NCBI GenBank assembly: GCA_002633005.1
Contig: NMRA01000011.1
Coordinates: forward strand, 237,451-301,450
Direction of reading: 5' to 3'
DNA: 64,000 bases
Source of the DNA: Phoronis australis
Taxonomy: Eukaryota; Animalia; Phoronida
Position 1 is the first letter of the stretch. Every line of letters begins with the position of its first letter. The notes below the pieces were generated by a model that was not told where the DNA came from, did no database searches, and saw only the letters and a list, made by a program, of their open reading frames with translations. Position numbers and translations under genes: made by a program. Below are positions 38,341-52,800 of the stretch, piece after piece.

Positions 38341-40289
38341 TACTAAATCTACCTAAATGTACAGCTTTGCGCCGATGTGGGTAAAAAAATGACCAATTGA
38401 AATCTGACACAAAATTTGTGTCGTTAATAGCTACATCGCTCTTCTTTAAGGAAAGTGAATTGTTTACCAGTGTCGTCGTCCTGCCGTTCACCTGCTGCTA
38501 TAATCGTGGTGCGCTCTTTAAGGTCGGCTTTCGGCGCCTTCACCTATTGGTCAGTTTCTGTTCCCCCGATTCTTCACTTCCACGAGGTTGCGTACATGTC
38601 ACAACAAATTATCGGAACTGGTTTCATTTCGTTACAAGTTCTTTTGTATTTTAATACCAGCAAACCGAATTTCAGAACAAATTTTGCTGCTGCGAAGCTG
38701 TCATCATCTCCCGAGAGATTGTAGCAAATTTTAGGACGTAGCGCGTGCGCATATCACGAGCGTACTGTTTTCAAAATGACGACAGACTTTCCTTTGTTAC
38801 AAAAGGTGGAGATTTATGCAATAAAGTGACATTTATTAAATTGATTTCCCCTTAAACGGCAGCAACGGGCAAAGTGAGTGTCGGTTGACTTCCAGATTTT
38901 ACATGCATTCCAGCTGGTCGTCTCTGCATGGTGATATAAGTTTCACGACGAGGTGACGAGTAGAACTACCAAGGTGTATGAAATTTCGGGGTCTAACGGA
39001 GTTTAACACACAGTGGTACCTAGCTGACGATAGTTTTCATACAACTAGCTGGCTGGCTACAAGACCTGTAGTGCGCATTTCGACGTTTCGTGTTACTCTT
39101 TCGGACAGTATCCGGAATCCGGCCCAAATCGGAATACTCTGATTTGGGCCGTTGCCAAATCGGATTTCCGATACCCCCGAGCTGCCCCTATCGGGATATA
39201 TTTTATGATTGAATTTGAAAGATAAAGCTGAATACAAATCTTAATAATTCGGCGAGCAATCGAGATTTCGCTTCATATTCTCACAACGTCGTGTTGCTCT
39301 TAAATTTTCAATCTTTGTGCAAGACAGACCGAGTCTATATTCAAAATGGCAGCAACTACGGGTTCCAGGATTTCAGGGCGAATAATTTTGAAAATTTTGT
39401 TTCTAAAATAAAATTTTCGATGAATTTGAATATTGCTTTACACGAAGAGATAAAGCTAATGTTACGTTTCCACGCATTCTGCACCAAATTAAACGGTCTA
39501 TTGTCTCAGATTCCAATGTGGGGTACACTCTCGACAGTCACACGTTCCTTACGCAGTTACTCGCTTGAATCAAAAAGTGTGCTCATTTACGCTCTGAAAT
39601 GGTGTCCAGTACGTTCTGCTAACGTTCCAGCACGTAGAGTTACTGCTTAGCGAGTAACTGCGTAAGGAACGGGTGCGACAGCGGCCCGTATCGGAATCAC
39701 GCAGTGTTCACACCTTCGGCTTCAAAAAGATATGAATTCAAAGTTCCTAACATCACAATATGTGTATCAGTCAGTCTACACTTCATAATAAACATTATAA
39801 AATTGCCTGAAAAAAAATTTGGACGAATCGTTTTGTTTTTTCGACTGTTTAGGCGGTCCAGTCATCCGCCCGCGGTTGATTTCCATACGGGCCCGTACTT
39901 GTATGTGTGCTTAATAATTAAATAAGTTTTAAAGGTAATGATTTTGATCAATTTAAATATTAATCAACGTAAAATGAACAATTAAGTTTTGTTTCGTTGA
40001 TTTTTCACGTATTTTACACTAAATTAAACGACCAGTCCTCGCCGATTCTAATACGATGGAGACACGATTAAAGCCAAATTCTTTGTGTTGATGATATCAT
40101 AGGCTTCGATTGGTGCGAGCGCCATCTCAAGTTTTTTGGCGCTAAATGGTGTTCGTGATGGGGATGCTGTATTGTAAAAGGCCTACTTAATTAACGACTG
40201 GGGTATGCTATTGCACAGTATGTTGATATTTTTCATTAATACATGTATTCTAGATATGAATATAGTCATTTTGACACCATGGTAAGCCT
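38183..40289 (+). mobile_element. ~2-kb THAP-relic transposon, copy 2
   Basis: Colinear with 5093-7132. ATG 38213 reads MPRYVVYGCSTVSG..., followed later by KICSS. Ends ...gcct|ttat. Confidence 0.65.
39538..39678. mobile_element. Small MITE inserted into THAP-relic copy 2
   Basis: TIR cgttccttacgcagttactcgct / agcgagtaactgcgtaaggaacg with CAG duplicated. Copy 1 shows the empty site ctcgacagcggccc at 6541. Confidence 0.85.
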
Positions 40290-41823
40290 TTATATGTTTT
40301 CAGTTGAAACGCATATGCTGTACTACTGTGTCTCGTTTTTCTCCTTATTCGTCGTTGAATCAATCAGATTTCTTATTGAATCTTGGTTTTGCACCACACG
40401 CCTGATATTTTGCAAAAAATGTCTTTCTGATGAGTACGTGAACATGGCTGTAACATTTTGATTCACTGCTTCTTCAATGGGCCACTATAAACACTCATTA
40501 GGGGGCTAAGTATACAGGTCACGGACACATTCACAGACGTGCTTACGAAATATCAAATAAGAGAGAGAAACGCTTCCAATTAAATTAGTTCAGGTGTCAA
40601 AAAACTCACGATTCGCTCGTTCTGGCTCGCGTTTCATGAAAAATTACAAAAGACTTGCGACTTAAGACCAAAAATTTGTCTAAATTAAGACAAAAAATGG
40701 GGCTATGTTACGACTGAATACGTCAAAATTAAAAAAAATCATACGTTTCGTGAACACAAAGTCGGATTTTGGTCTTCGGTCCTAGATTAGACGGAAATTA
40801 AGTCGGCTTTTGACATAGGTGAGCATACAAACTGTTGCGAATTCAAACATCTAACCGAGGCGGTGTTTGAAATACGGTTTCAAGAATGATCTTGGCCTGG
40901 AAACGCTAAGTGGGAATTTATTTACAACACGTTGGATACACTTAGGATCTCGTGCGAAGACCTTGATACTAAATTGAAGATATCACTTCACATTGTCTCT
41001 GATACTCTCCGCCGCTTTGCTGGTTCTCGAATCCAAAGCAGACGACCTTCAACTTGACTGTTTAGGGACTTTCGACTTTGAAAAGTAACAAAGAAATTTG
41101 TTTCAGTCTTTCACGGAATATCGTGAAACAATGAGAAGAACAGAGCTGATGAAAACGTGAACTGCATTGCATCAGCACCTTGTGTCTTGCACTGCCAAGC
41201 ACGATGGCAAAACCCCTATTGTGGAACACAAGCTCTGTAACTGCAGAATCTTGCCACTTCGATCGTGTTTCGGATGATTTAAAAATTTAGTTTTCATTAC
41301 TGTGTATTTGTTCTGGAAACACGGCTAAAATTCGGTTTCCTTCAGTTTTTGGTTCGAGATTTTTTTCTTTTCTTGTTAATGCGGTGTTATCAACTAAGAA
41401 AACAATCTTGTAGCATGGTTTTCTCCATATTTGGTTTAATAAAGGGGGGAGGCTGTAAAGAGAAATGTTGATTCATTTTTCTCGATTGACAAAAGAATTC
41501 GGGACTACCGTTAGAAAAGACGACCGAGTCCCATTAAGTTAGCTTAGTTCCTTGCTATTCTTGTCAGTAGCAATAATTTACCAGATCACAAAATTTATCA
41601 TTAATGTCTAGAACACGCAGGGATTGAAGTAGCTGAATAAGACACTCCAGAATCCTAGCAGGTCCGTTCAGACACTGCTTATATTTGCGTAATTTATTTT
41701 TTCGTCAGTAAGAAAATAAATTGTTGTTTCCAAGAACACACAGGAACTAAACTCCCATTAAGAAAATTCTCCCAACGGGTATGGTCTGGCAAGACGTGAG
41801 GGTGCGAAACTTTTTGATTGCAA

Positions 41824-41829
41824 TTTATT
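41824..41829 (-). terminator. Candidate AATAAA polyadenylation signal of the PKD1-like gene
   Basis: tttatt on + at 41824-41829, ~520 nt downstream of the stop codon on -. Confidence 0.35.
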
Positions 41830-42117
41830 CATTACCGCTTTTATGACAGTAAACTAGGCAAGCAATAAAGACAGGTAAATATCACATTAACTTCAATCGC
41901 TTAAAACGAAGTAAATATCAATTAGAACGCAAAGTTGTCATTGTTTTACACTTGTCATAGAGCAGTACAACACCTCTGTATTATGAGTCAATCCAGCCCA
42001 TTAATCTACATAGTTCATGTTCAATAGTCCGCAATAATGTCGAATCCATGACAAAACCCTATCACTCCGCGACAGAAATGTCATAAATCCCCGTCATAGA
42101 TTTCTTGAAACACCATG

Positions 42118-42338
42118 CATGCGCGCACCCATTTGGCGAAGTGGGCAAAAAGTTCCGCCTCAGTGAAACAAAAACTCCGAAAAGTAGAAAAAAGATACAA
42201 AAGCCCACTGAAAAGAGAGGATATACCAAAATTCGGCGAATGCACAATTCATAGCTCTGAACGTACCCCGTGAATCTTAGTAACAGGTCCACATTCTCAA
42301 AAATTCGAAAACCCATTTTTAGGCTGGGTGCGCGCATG
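42118..42338. mobile_element. CATGCGCGCACCCA-TIR MITE in the putative PKD1L 3'UTR
   Basis: catgcgcgcaccca ... tgggtgcgcgcatg is a perfect 14-bp TIR, 14 nt after the stop codon. Confidence 0.85.
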
Positions 42339-42352
42339 AGCACAAACCCTCA

Positions 42353-43815
42353 TCAGGACTTGTTCGCCTTAACTGATTTTGCACCGGTTAAATAATGGTC
42401 TCTCAATATCATTTTTAAAGCCTGCTTTGCGAAAGCATCATTTTTACTCACGCCATGAAATAAAGTATCGTATTTGTCTTGTTCGAAGTACACTTTGCTT
42501 ATACTCTGCAAAAGTCTCTCCACCTTGAAAGGAAAGTTATCAACTTGCCCTTGAATAAAACTGGGAGAGTCAGTGTCTTGTACTACATCATCCGTTTCTG
42601 GGAGATGCTTCTTCGGGTCGGAATTCCAAAGCCCTGTCCAAGACTTGAAGTTGGTGACCAAGAAGTCTACCATTTCGTAGTCGTTCGACTGTTTGCTGAG
42701 ATCGCTTTTCACGGCTGTGAAGCTTTCCATGAGAATCGACAACAGCATGTTAACCAGAACCATCACAACTGTTACCATGTAAATAAAGAAAAATACAACG
42801 GCAACATCACTCGTCTGCCGCAACTCGTAGAACTGGAACTTGCCGAGAATGATGACAATGCAGGTCTCGAAACACCTCGGAATCGTAGAGTAGTCAAGAA
42901 GACTCGCTCCCAAAAGGAAATAGAACAACTGAAGAAAAGCCATGAAAATAATCGTAAACATAATCATGAACAGAAGTAGTGATTTAGAAGCGAGAGAAAG
43001 GGTGGATCCTAGGATTGACATCCTTTTGTTGAACCGAAACAACTTAAGAAATTTGACCGTTGATAAAAAGACCAAAAAGCCAATGAAATAGGTTAATAAT
43101 TCATTCCAAGTGCCAATATACTGAAACTTCATGTAGGCATTTCCTCGAGTTTCTTTAAACCTTGTTGTGAGGTTGTCGGCGACAACAAGGCGATAAATGT
43201 AGATGCCTATAGAAATAATGGAAAAAACAACAATCATCATTTCAACCCAGTTCCAGAAATACGAAAAATATGATTTTTTCTGTCTCATAACATTACGGAT
43301 CTCCTTCACCATAAAGAAAAGAACGAAAACCACAAATGATACCTCACAGACAATCTGGAAGAGCATGGCAGATCCTACGTAGTTCAAAAGTCGGACCGGT
43401 TCAAACCTGTACGACGTCAAAACCCCACCAGAATGTGGAAACTCTGCTAGCAACGTAGCAACACCAAAAAGGTTTACATAAGCATTGTACACAGTAAATT
43501 CTACAAACACAGCACGCGTTCGCCGGTCTATCCAGGCTTCTTTCTCGAGACGTTCGATTTTTTGCTGCAGCAAGGATTCGCTTCCTGTCAGTCGCACTAT
43601 GTAACCTCCGCCACTGTAAAAACTTAGTTCGCCCGCGTACGTGTATCCGTCCAGGTCGCCTGCGGTGTGGTAAACGTATTCGGCGTTGTCGGTCTCATTG
43701 CTCGACGCCGGAGACCAGCCACGTCTGAATGTCCCCATCTCTTCTATGTCCGAAGAGTATGTTGGTTTGCAGTTGTTTATGAAGGATGCTACCGCACCAG
43801 ACATTCTGCAGTTTT
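42353..43815 (-). CDS. PKD1L: PKD1L last exon: TOP domain end, six-TM channel region and C-tail
   Basis: Acceptor ttttcAG. Phase 1 gives E-N-C-R-M-S... Ends in TGA followed by a second TGA. Confidence 0.92.
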
Positions 43816-46800
43816 CTGAAAAGATCGAGTTCCTTACATTTTAAGCGAAAGCATCATGTTCTAACACCTATCAACTTTTATACAAACACGCCTTTCTAGA
43901 GATCTGAACGTTCAAGTTACTAGATTTTAGCGGTTGGCATCAAGTACAATGCACGACAAATTATTTACCTTCACGTATCCTTAGCTGTCGAATTGTCGCG
44001 TGACCCATAATTCTGGAGACCCTATCATCAAAGTAACCTCTGTGAAATAACGGCTGGCCTCCGTTGTACCACGTTGAAGCACGGACACCGGGTATAAAAA
44101 CTTCCTTCAGCCATTTATAAAAGGAATCAGTTTTGATAATCTGAAATAGCAAGTCAGAATGCACGTGTACCTTTAGATTTAGAAGACATACATGGGTAAC
44201 ATGATATTCAGTAATTTTAGAAAAAAATAATACCAGGCGGTCTGGTACACGTGCTCCGGTGTGCACATTGCAATGATCTCCGGAACCATTTTTATGCTTT
44301 ATTACTATTTCGATAACGCTGAGGTGAGTAGCTAGAGACCTGACTCAAGGGTCTAGCAATGTGCTCTAGAGGGACTAGAACTCACAACCTTCAGTAAAGG
44401 AAGCGGGCATCTATCCCATTAGACCACCCCCACCGCCTCCTCTAATGCACCAATCAGGAGACAGTAGTGCCCACACGTATTGGCTGCCAATTGACTTACT
44501 TGGATTATACAAGAATAACCAACTGTCCTGTTTACGGGAATTTCACAAAATTAATAATAACAGCCCAAATTACAGAAATCCACCGTTTAATAACGCCGCT
44601 TAAAAATCCACGAAAGACAATCGTCTTCAATGCATGTCCTTTGTGCGTGAAACCTTACTCCATGTCGTCTGCATGTTAGTTGATTGGGACCTTCAGCGTG
44701 GTTTCCGCAGTCAAGTGCGGTGTTTACATTCTGACATAGTTTGCAGGTTTGTAAATATCCTGGTCAAAGCTGCGTTCCGTAGACCCAAGAAACTTGCGAA
44801 AACTAAGATCAGCAAGACGTACATGTAGGGAGATAACGTCATGAATTTAATGCGCGCCCCCAGGGGGGCTCGGCGGGATCGAACGAGCCCCCCTCCCCCC
44901 ATTAAGCGAAGTGGGCAAAAAGGTCAGCCCATGAGAAACAAAAATCCGACAAAATGAGACAAAAGTCCACTAACCAAGCACAAACGCGCAATTCACAGTG
45001 GTGTCTCCGTTTATTTTTTAAGTCCGCCCGCTTTTTTATTACCAAAAGGCTCACAACGTCAGGAATTCGACCCCCCCCCCATATTGAAGGCTGGGTGCGC
45101 GCATGAATTACAACCTAAGCATGTGCGAGTGTCCTAATCTACAGAACGCAGCCAAGCAGTGATCGTCAAACATACGAAATTGTTGGTAACTATTGCTAAT
45201 AAATAATACTACGTTGCTATAGATAGATAACATCGTTGGTCAGTAGATATTTAAAAGAAATCGCGTGAATAAAGAAAAAACAGGTACTTAAGAGTCAAAA
45301 GATGTTTACCGTACTTTGACCTTCAAAAGGTATAATTTCCTGAAGTCACATTTGCAAGTTTGAATGTGTGCAGTGGCAGAAAGCTGTTTCGTGTTTTCGT
45401 TACTTATTTCGTCTACTTGTTAGGAAAACATTTCTCCTTTTCCGAAGAATCGTAGTTCGAAAATTCAAAGATTAGTTGATCGGATGTTGGTAAACGAGGA
45501 TATCAAACCAAATGATTTCAGGGTAAAAGAACTTTTGTACCACGGAACATCCCAGTGTCTTTTGATTGAATTTTGATAGTTCTCCATCATTCGTTTTATG
45601 TATTTAGGTTACGATATTATCGACAGATCATTATGATTTATTGTGCAGTGAATGTGTTATGCACAGCTGTTATTGATACAATTAGAGTAAGATTTTGTAA
45701 ACCTTGTACGTTACCTTCTTAAATTGGGCATTCGGATTGTTTGGAGGGCTAACGAAGAACTTTTCCAGGCCTTCTTTCATTTTGTATGCATTTGGGTCCC
45801 TGTTACTATGGCTAACAACGATGAGTAACCATAGGAATATGACGTAGAAAATTATCTCTCTCAGAATATCGAACATCTTGATTTCTTTCAATCTCTTCTC
45901 TCTTGCTGCCTCGAGGACTGAAGGCTCTGGCGGTTTATAGGCGATCTTGCGTGGTTTGGCTGCTCCGTAGGCTAAACAAAAAGATGGTCAATCGTTACCA
46001 TGGTTCTGCAATACTATACTCCAAAATAGTTAAAGATGACACAACCGCGACTTAAGTAGGCTTGGGTATATTTCCCAACACAGAAGTTGACAGAACTAGA
46101 GGTTTTCGTACGATGGGAGTGAGAAATGAAAACGAAACCGAGAATTTCACTATAAACCATGGTTTCTGACGTCCCTTTGCATGCAAAACCTGGTATCTAA
46201 TATTCGAACTCGACCCTCTCTACTTTGGTACGAACTCAAAATAAATGTCTATGGTTGTGGGTTCGAGTACATCATGTTTACGAAGAAATTCCAAGTCTAC
46301 GTTTGCACGTGATTAACCATATGTATAAGTTGCTAACTCGAGTCAAGACAAATTTTCTGGACTCGAAAATAAATCTAAAATGCCGGAGTTGTGAAGTGCG
46401 GACTAGGATTAGGCATTAACCCACGTAAAGCATACACATATACATTTGAAAAGTATAATGTAACTCAAAGAAGAAAATATCAAAATTGATTTGCAGTTCA
46501 TGATGTAGTTAGGAGAATAGATCCCGAGTACACGCAAGAATTTCGCAAGGACGGCTAATGCGATTACGTACTTTGTAAAACATGTTGGTATCCTGTGAAG
46601 TCACGCGTGATCTTGTTTCGCGTGTAGGGTACGCACGTCCGGTCATCCGTAACATAATCAAATTAGGAGACAAAATGCAAGTTTTACAGACCAATGAGAG
46701 GACCTAGAATGTCACAAGTACACTGTAGTATACTCTAAGCTACATGTATTACGTGACAAAGAAAACTTAGTGTCAACGTGCCGCTCATTTTCCGCCACTC

Positions 46801-49800
46801 ACAAGGATCTTTTTTGTGAAGCCACTGTTCGTCGAAGGAAAGTTGAGGCTCTTCTTCGTCCTGTTCCCCCTCCTCTTCTTCCTCAGTGGAGGGATTTTTT
46901 ATAACCAGAGCGAAGAACGCAGCCAACAAGATCACCTAAAGTAATTTAAGCAGTTTTAGTTAGTTTTTTAACCAGTTCCACATTCGGAGAATGTGACCTT
47001 AGATCTTTTACAGTAAACAAGTAAGTACTTTCTTGTTATAGTGACATGTGTTCAAATGAATTTAAACGATAAATTCGTAACCAAACAGGATCACCCAGCC
47101 GACCACGGAACTTATAAGTCACATTAGATACATGAAAAACAAAAGAAAAAACCTAAGTACTCACATTGCAAGAGGACCAAAAAGAGAACACAGTGAAAAA
47201 AGTGATCATATACAAATAAATTTTCCTTATTTCAAAAAGTATTGTTGATGAAAATTGCAGTTTTTCTGATAACATCCTTTTGTATAATCGAAATTAATTT
47301 ACTTTCACAGGTTTCTGCACGAAATCGTGGATATTTCATTTCAATTTGACAGTAAAAGGTGTTTATGGCTTCTAAGAAAAGCAGACACTCAAACTGAAAA
47401 CGTACTTCAGTTCGACCTGGCCAGTGTAACAAAGACAGCAAATTTTATATCAAATTTCTGAGAACGAAAACGCCCATCCTCAATCAATAGCTGCAGGGTT
47501 CCGGGTCCAATTTGAGCAAGAATTGACCTACTAAGCCGAGTTAAGTCTAACTGCAGGTAAGGCTCAAATTCAGAAAGATTCTTCATCTCAACTTTGGTTT
47601 CGAACTGCATTTAAGCAACGACCTATTACAAGCCAAATCATGCAAAATACTCTTAACTGAACCTAATTTATGAAAACCATCCGAAATCCTTAACTCTTCA
47701 AAATTGTTCAAAATTTCAGAATACCATTTATTTGTACATTAGTCCCACTAAAATATTCGCTATGTTAGTCAATCTTCCTTGAAATTAATAACAAGATTCC
47801 ACGTTCTCAAAAGCTCAATTCTCCTCCTAACGCTGGAGAATTCCCATCCTATGTCACCCATAACAGAATGAATAGGAGCGATTATGTGAACGCCCAAGAA
47901 AAATCGAACGGCTCTTTTCCGAATGACATAGTCCTATAAACTAAAGCCATCTTCATTAGAAATCGTCTTGACGGCATTGAGGTGACCCAGCAGGAGTGTT
48001 TTTGAATTTCCAATAGTCTGACCCAGCTTCCAGTGGGTGGTGCTTTCTTCTGTGGCAGTTCACACGTTTTCAACACAGAGAGACTCACATGAGAATAAAC
48101 AACAAAGATGAACCAAACACAGTCTTACAAAGCACTTGTGCAAATAAGTAGTGATGAAAATGACACAGAATTCCGAAGGTCGACCTCTCAGATGCCGCGC
48201 ATGCGCATCTACAACTGAACATTGCGTGGCTCACCTTAAAGCAACAATTACCCATGCGTTCTGTCAAAAATATTTTGGCCACTAAACTGTATAACAATTG
48301 TCTCTTCTTACTTTAATTAATTTGTAAGGGATTTCGGACTCGGGAAGAATTGCTTCAGAATACGTTTATTAAGTTGCAGGTCACGGCGAGAACACTTCAG
48401 CTCAGACTCGAAAGTTCGAGGTATTAATTATGTTAGATTTGTTTAAGCGAACTGCTGCCACCAATTTCACATCTAACGTATGACAATAATGTCGCTTTGG
48501 AAGCGTTTGGGAACTGGAAAGTTGTTTTGGACACGAGAACATAGTTTACAGTCGCTTTAATTGTCTAGTTCTGTCTTATGTACGGCTGACAAGCCCTTTT
48601 GACTTAACGATGCTGCATCATGCCTCATGCAATTTCAAAACAACTTACCTTCAACGGCTGTGTGAAGAACACAGACATAAAGAAGGAGATCACCATGGAG
48701 GTTATCCATGCCCGCGTTTTCTCGTCACCCCATGTGATACCGTAGAAGAGTACAAATGTACCGGAAGCAAACACGGAGAGCCAAAGGACAATCCAAGAAG
48801 GGATGATACACCACCAAGGTAACTCGAATTTTTTCTTGCCTTGCTTTTTATCAGGTGACTTTAGCGGCATCTCGACTTCAACTTCTGTAAAGGATGATGA
48901 TGGGCGAGACTCGGCTGTAATGAACGAAAGTACGTCATCGCCATGAATCATCATCATGATTCTTTTGGAGATTTTTCGGTGCGATCGAAATTTGTTGTCG
49001 GTTGATTGAAGCTTGTAGCGTTGCCATATGTATAAGTAAAGAAACAAAGGATGTACTTCAATGAAACAAGTACTTTTATAAGTGACTTGATTGTGGATTG
49101 GGAAAAGTCATAGTAGACCAAGTCTTCAGCTGCTAAAATGTGTTTACAAAGTACTCGAGGTTTGATGAAAATATGTTAACCACACAATTTACCCTTTCAC
49201 AAAATGAACCTGTTTCTAGACTAATCTACTTGATAGTAAACATGTTGCATACCTGTACTGTTGATGTCTACCATAGAGTTAGCAACAGCGTTGTACTTCA
49301 TCGCTTCTGAAATTCTGGAGGGTCGTTTGCGTCTGGGACGTGACTTCCGGAATAAAGTTACCAGAAACAAGCTTACAGGAAACACTATCAGATTAGACAT
49401 GACACCGATAGATATCTGTAAATAGAACACAGTCCACCAATCCAATAACAGTTTTCGTACATGTATATCCTTACACCTATTGATAAATGTTACAGCCCAA
49501 CTTGGCTTTTCGTTTCTTACTATAAACAAAGGAGAAAGGATAAACATCAATCTCGCCAAAAGATGCTCAACTTTCATATGAACGTATTCTTTTTTAAAAG
49601 CAACAATGGACGACTTCAAAATCAATAGAACATGTGATTGGTAATTCCTCGATATATTTACACCGGTTTCAAATGTTACGCATTGGATGTTTACAAGGGC
49701 ACAGAACTGCATCCATTAGAAAGAGGGTCGCCTTTACTTCTTCCGCAGGGAAAGGACGACGACCACAGCGGCGGCGATAATAATTAAAATAGCAATAAAT

Positions 49801-52800
49801 TGCGGGCGTTTTTGCAGCTATAGGACGACAAAGGGTATATATGATAATATGTTTACCTGTTCGGGAGATAGCGTAAACGGGCCGAAATTAAAAGAGTTCG
49901 AGGGATTTTCGGCACGCTCGTAGAACATGGCGTTGGTCAGCATTGTCAGGAAGAGCAGAGAGAGACAACAGGACACACGCTGCAGACGCGTAAATCGACT
50001 CTTCGGTGGGCGTGCAATGACAGAGAACCATAGGTGCCCATCGCCGAGGTCCTTTTGCGACGTCTTCGTAAACATGTGACCAAAGGCAGTCATCTGCTCT
50101 TTACCGGCGACGGGAAGAAGACGGTCAACCTGTGAAATAAACGTTGATTGCATCAAGTGCTGAAATGAATACAAGCGTATAAGTTTTACTTGTTATATTT
50201 TCAGGGACAGTCTTTCAAGAACTTGCCACATGTGAGGCCAAGTCTATTACTTAATTTGTATTCGCACAATCATAAAATCTATAGTTGTTGTCACGGTGCA
50301 GAAGTTTTAGGATTTCCACATCGATAACGTCAGCAACTTAAAAATATTTTAAGTGAATTAAAGTTTGCAATATTGTGCAACAATACCTGTCCATCGCTTT
50401 CTTCAACGGCAAACCATTCGTTGGAAATGAAGTAATACTTCCGCTTAGTTTGAAGGTCCAAAACCATTATGTACTTCAAGTACCACGAGCCGAATTTTCC
50501 TTTGCCCGAATTATCATGCCACACGCGCGCATAATTGAGGTCACCCAAAGGCCTGCAATGAACAAGACACTATTTTTTGTGATCGATACGCAGCAGCCCA
50601 TTAGATGCTTCATTGTTTCTGTCACAGATCAAAACAAAGTTGCCATATTTACTAACTATTGTTTTGTAACATGTACAAATGAGCTCAGCCCCAAGTACAA
50701 ATAAACATTCTCTTCCTCCCTCCCTCCCNNNNNNNNNNNNNNNNNNNNNNNTCCCTCCCTCCCTCCCTCCCTTCCCCTCTCTTTCTCAGAACAAAAAGGT
50801 GAGATATCTGATTGTAGACAATTGAAAGGGTAAAAAGTAAGTGAAGAATATCAACACTCAGCCCAAATGGTTGCAGAGCACACTTCGATAGCGTTGTCAC
50901 TTTAGTAGCGTTAAAACACAGGGAAACGTGGTCTGCAATACCTAAACACAAACCCTAACTTACTCGGGGACCGCCATCAAAAAGGAATCGATGCCGCCAC
51001 GCCTCAACACTTTCCGCTTCGGATCTTTCAATATGCGGACGTCAGTCTCATCTTCATCACCAGAGAAAATGATATGCACCTGCAAAACAGATCAGCGTAT
51101 CAATGCGGAACAAATTGCGCTGTCAGCTCAACATAAGGATTGGTACAAAATTCACTAAACGCGAATTGGTACAATACAAAAATTACCCTTGAATCGGTTC
51201 CTGCATTTTTTCTCAAACCAGTGAAGACGACAACTTCGTACAAATATTTATCGTTTGGGTCATTATCAGGTAGTGGCGTAACTCCGATCTGAAAAGAAAA
51301 AAATTAAATTTACCAGTAGAACAATGTGTACAGGTAGAAATTCCGAACACCAAACACCCCGTGAATATGTTTCACGTGGAAACCTCCATCCCTCAACCAT
51401 CGGAGCTAATTTATTCATAATTGAAAAGTGAGATTCATTAACAGCATTCATAGTATAGACGGCATCCCCAAGAAATAACGAATGGGTTTCAGCTATAGTT
51501 TTGCCCACTGTGTTGACACATGAATATCACTACCCATTTAGCCTCACCGGACCCAGGGACCTCATGAAGCCATGCTAAAACTTCAGCCGATTTGCTATTT
51601 ACTCCTTGCTACTGGAGTGAACGCTCTCATGTCTTTCAGGTCCGACAGTCCTCCTCCATGAAGATAGCCAAGGTCACCATGACGTCTTCTGAAGAAATTA
51701 GTCTGAGCTTACGTGTAGTATACTCACTTTTTATTATAATTTCATTGTAAGCCGGTTCCAACAAAAGGCGTGCGATTAAGTAGGTCTAAACTTTGCCTAC
51801 AAAAGTTTCATTAATGTACAGCTGTGGTGCATGCAGCTCTTACTTTTTCTACGTCTTTTTTGTCCTTGTGTCTTGCCCATATAGCAACCATTATGTATAA
51901 AGCAAATATGACGCCGATTGTTGCGTAGATCGTCGGATTCTTTTCCAAACTCATGTTGGCAAACACGTAATTGAAGTCGATGGGATTGGGTTGAACAATC
52001 CATCCTCCAGCAAACGTCGTCAAGTGGTTACACAAGCATTGGGTGGTGTTAATGGTTGTGAGAACTCCCACCTGAAATCCATAGCAGAGTGGGAAGTTTA
52101 CTGAATACCAGAAACTTTAATGCAAACCGTTGCCTGTAAGTGACTGGGTACATTTTCTCGGAAAGGCTTTTCTAAAGGAAGCAGTTTCGCCAGTCATAAC
52201 GTGAAATGTGCATTTGCTGAAACGTTAGTAAAAATCGCTCACGTACATGCTTCAACATAGCGGATTGTTTCTTCACAATCCATTCTCGGTGGGCTATGGA
52301 ATGATTTTGCTCACCTTGCAGCCGTATTTTTCCCACTTGAGGCCCTTTTCAAAGTAACAGCCTGTGGTATACGTCCTGATGGTGTAATTCGTAGTGAAGC
52401 GACCGGCGAAAGGCACAGCGTTGAACGGCAAGCCTTTCCTCAGTTTGAAGAAATCGGCTCGTTCGCCATCACTTAACTGACGGACACCTATGCGATAGAG
52501 TCCGGTTCGATCTTCGACGCTTTCTATAAAAGCCGTGTAGGGATCTTGTCCTGTGGAGTATTTCAACTACCGAAATTGTTACTCGGTTTAGTGTAAGTTA
52601 GATGGGATATGAATCGATATTCGTTAGCGTACTTTTTGACATTCTTGGCTAAATAGTCTGTCTTTTAAAGATAACAACGAGTTTGACTAAAAGTCTCCGT
52701 AAAGTTATAGTAAGCAGACAGTCAAGGATGTATGTACAATCACCAGCAAAGCAGTATCAAGAGGAAAAATATTAAAAGCTATCAGCAGTATCCTAGTTAT

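Noticed and set aside
52551-52568. Alternative acceptor at the ORF-track start 52566
   Set aside because: It would break frame with the phase-1 donor at 52893. The acceptor giving exon end 52550 keeps the frame.
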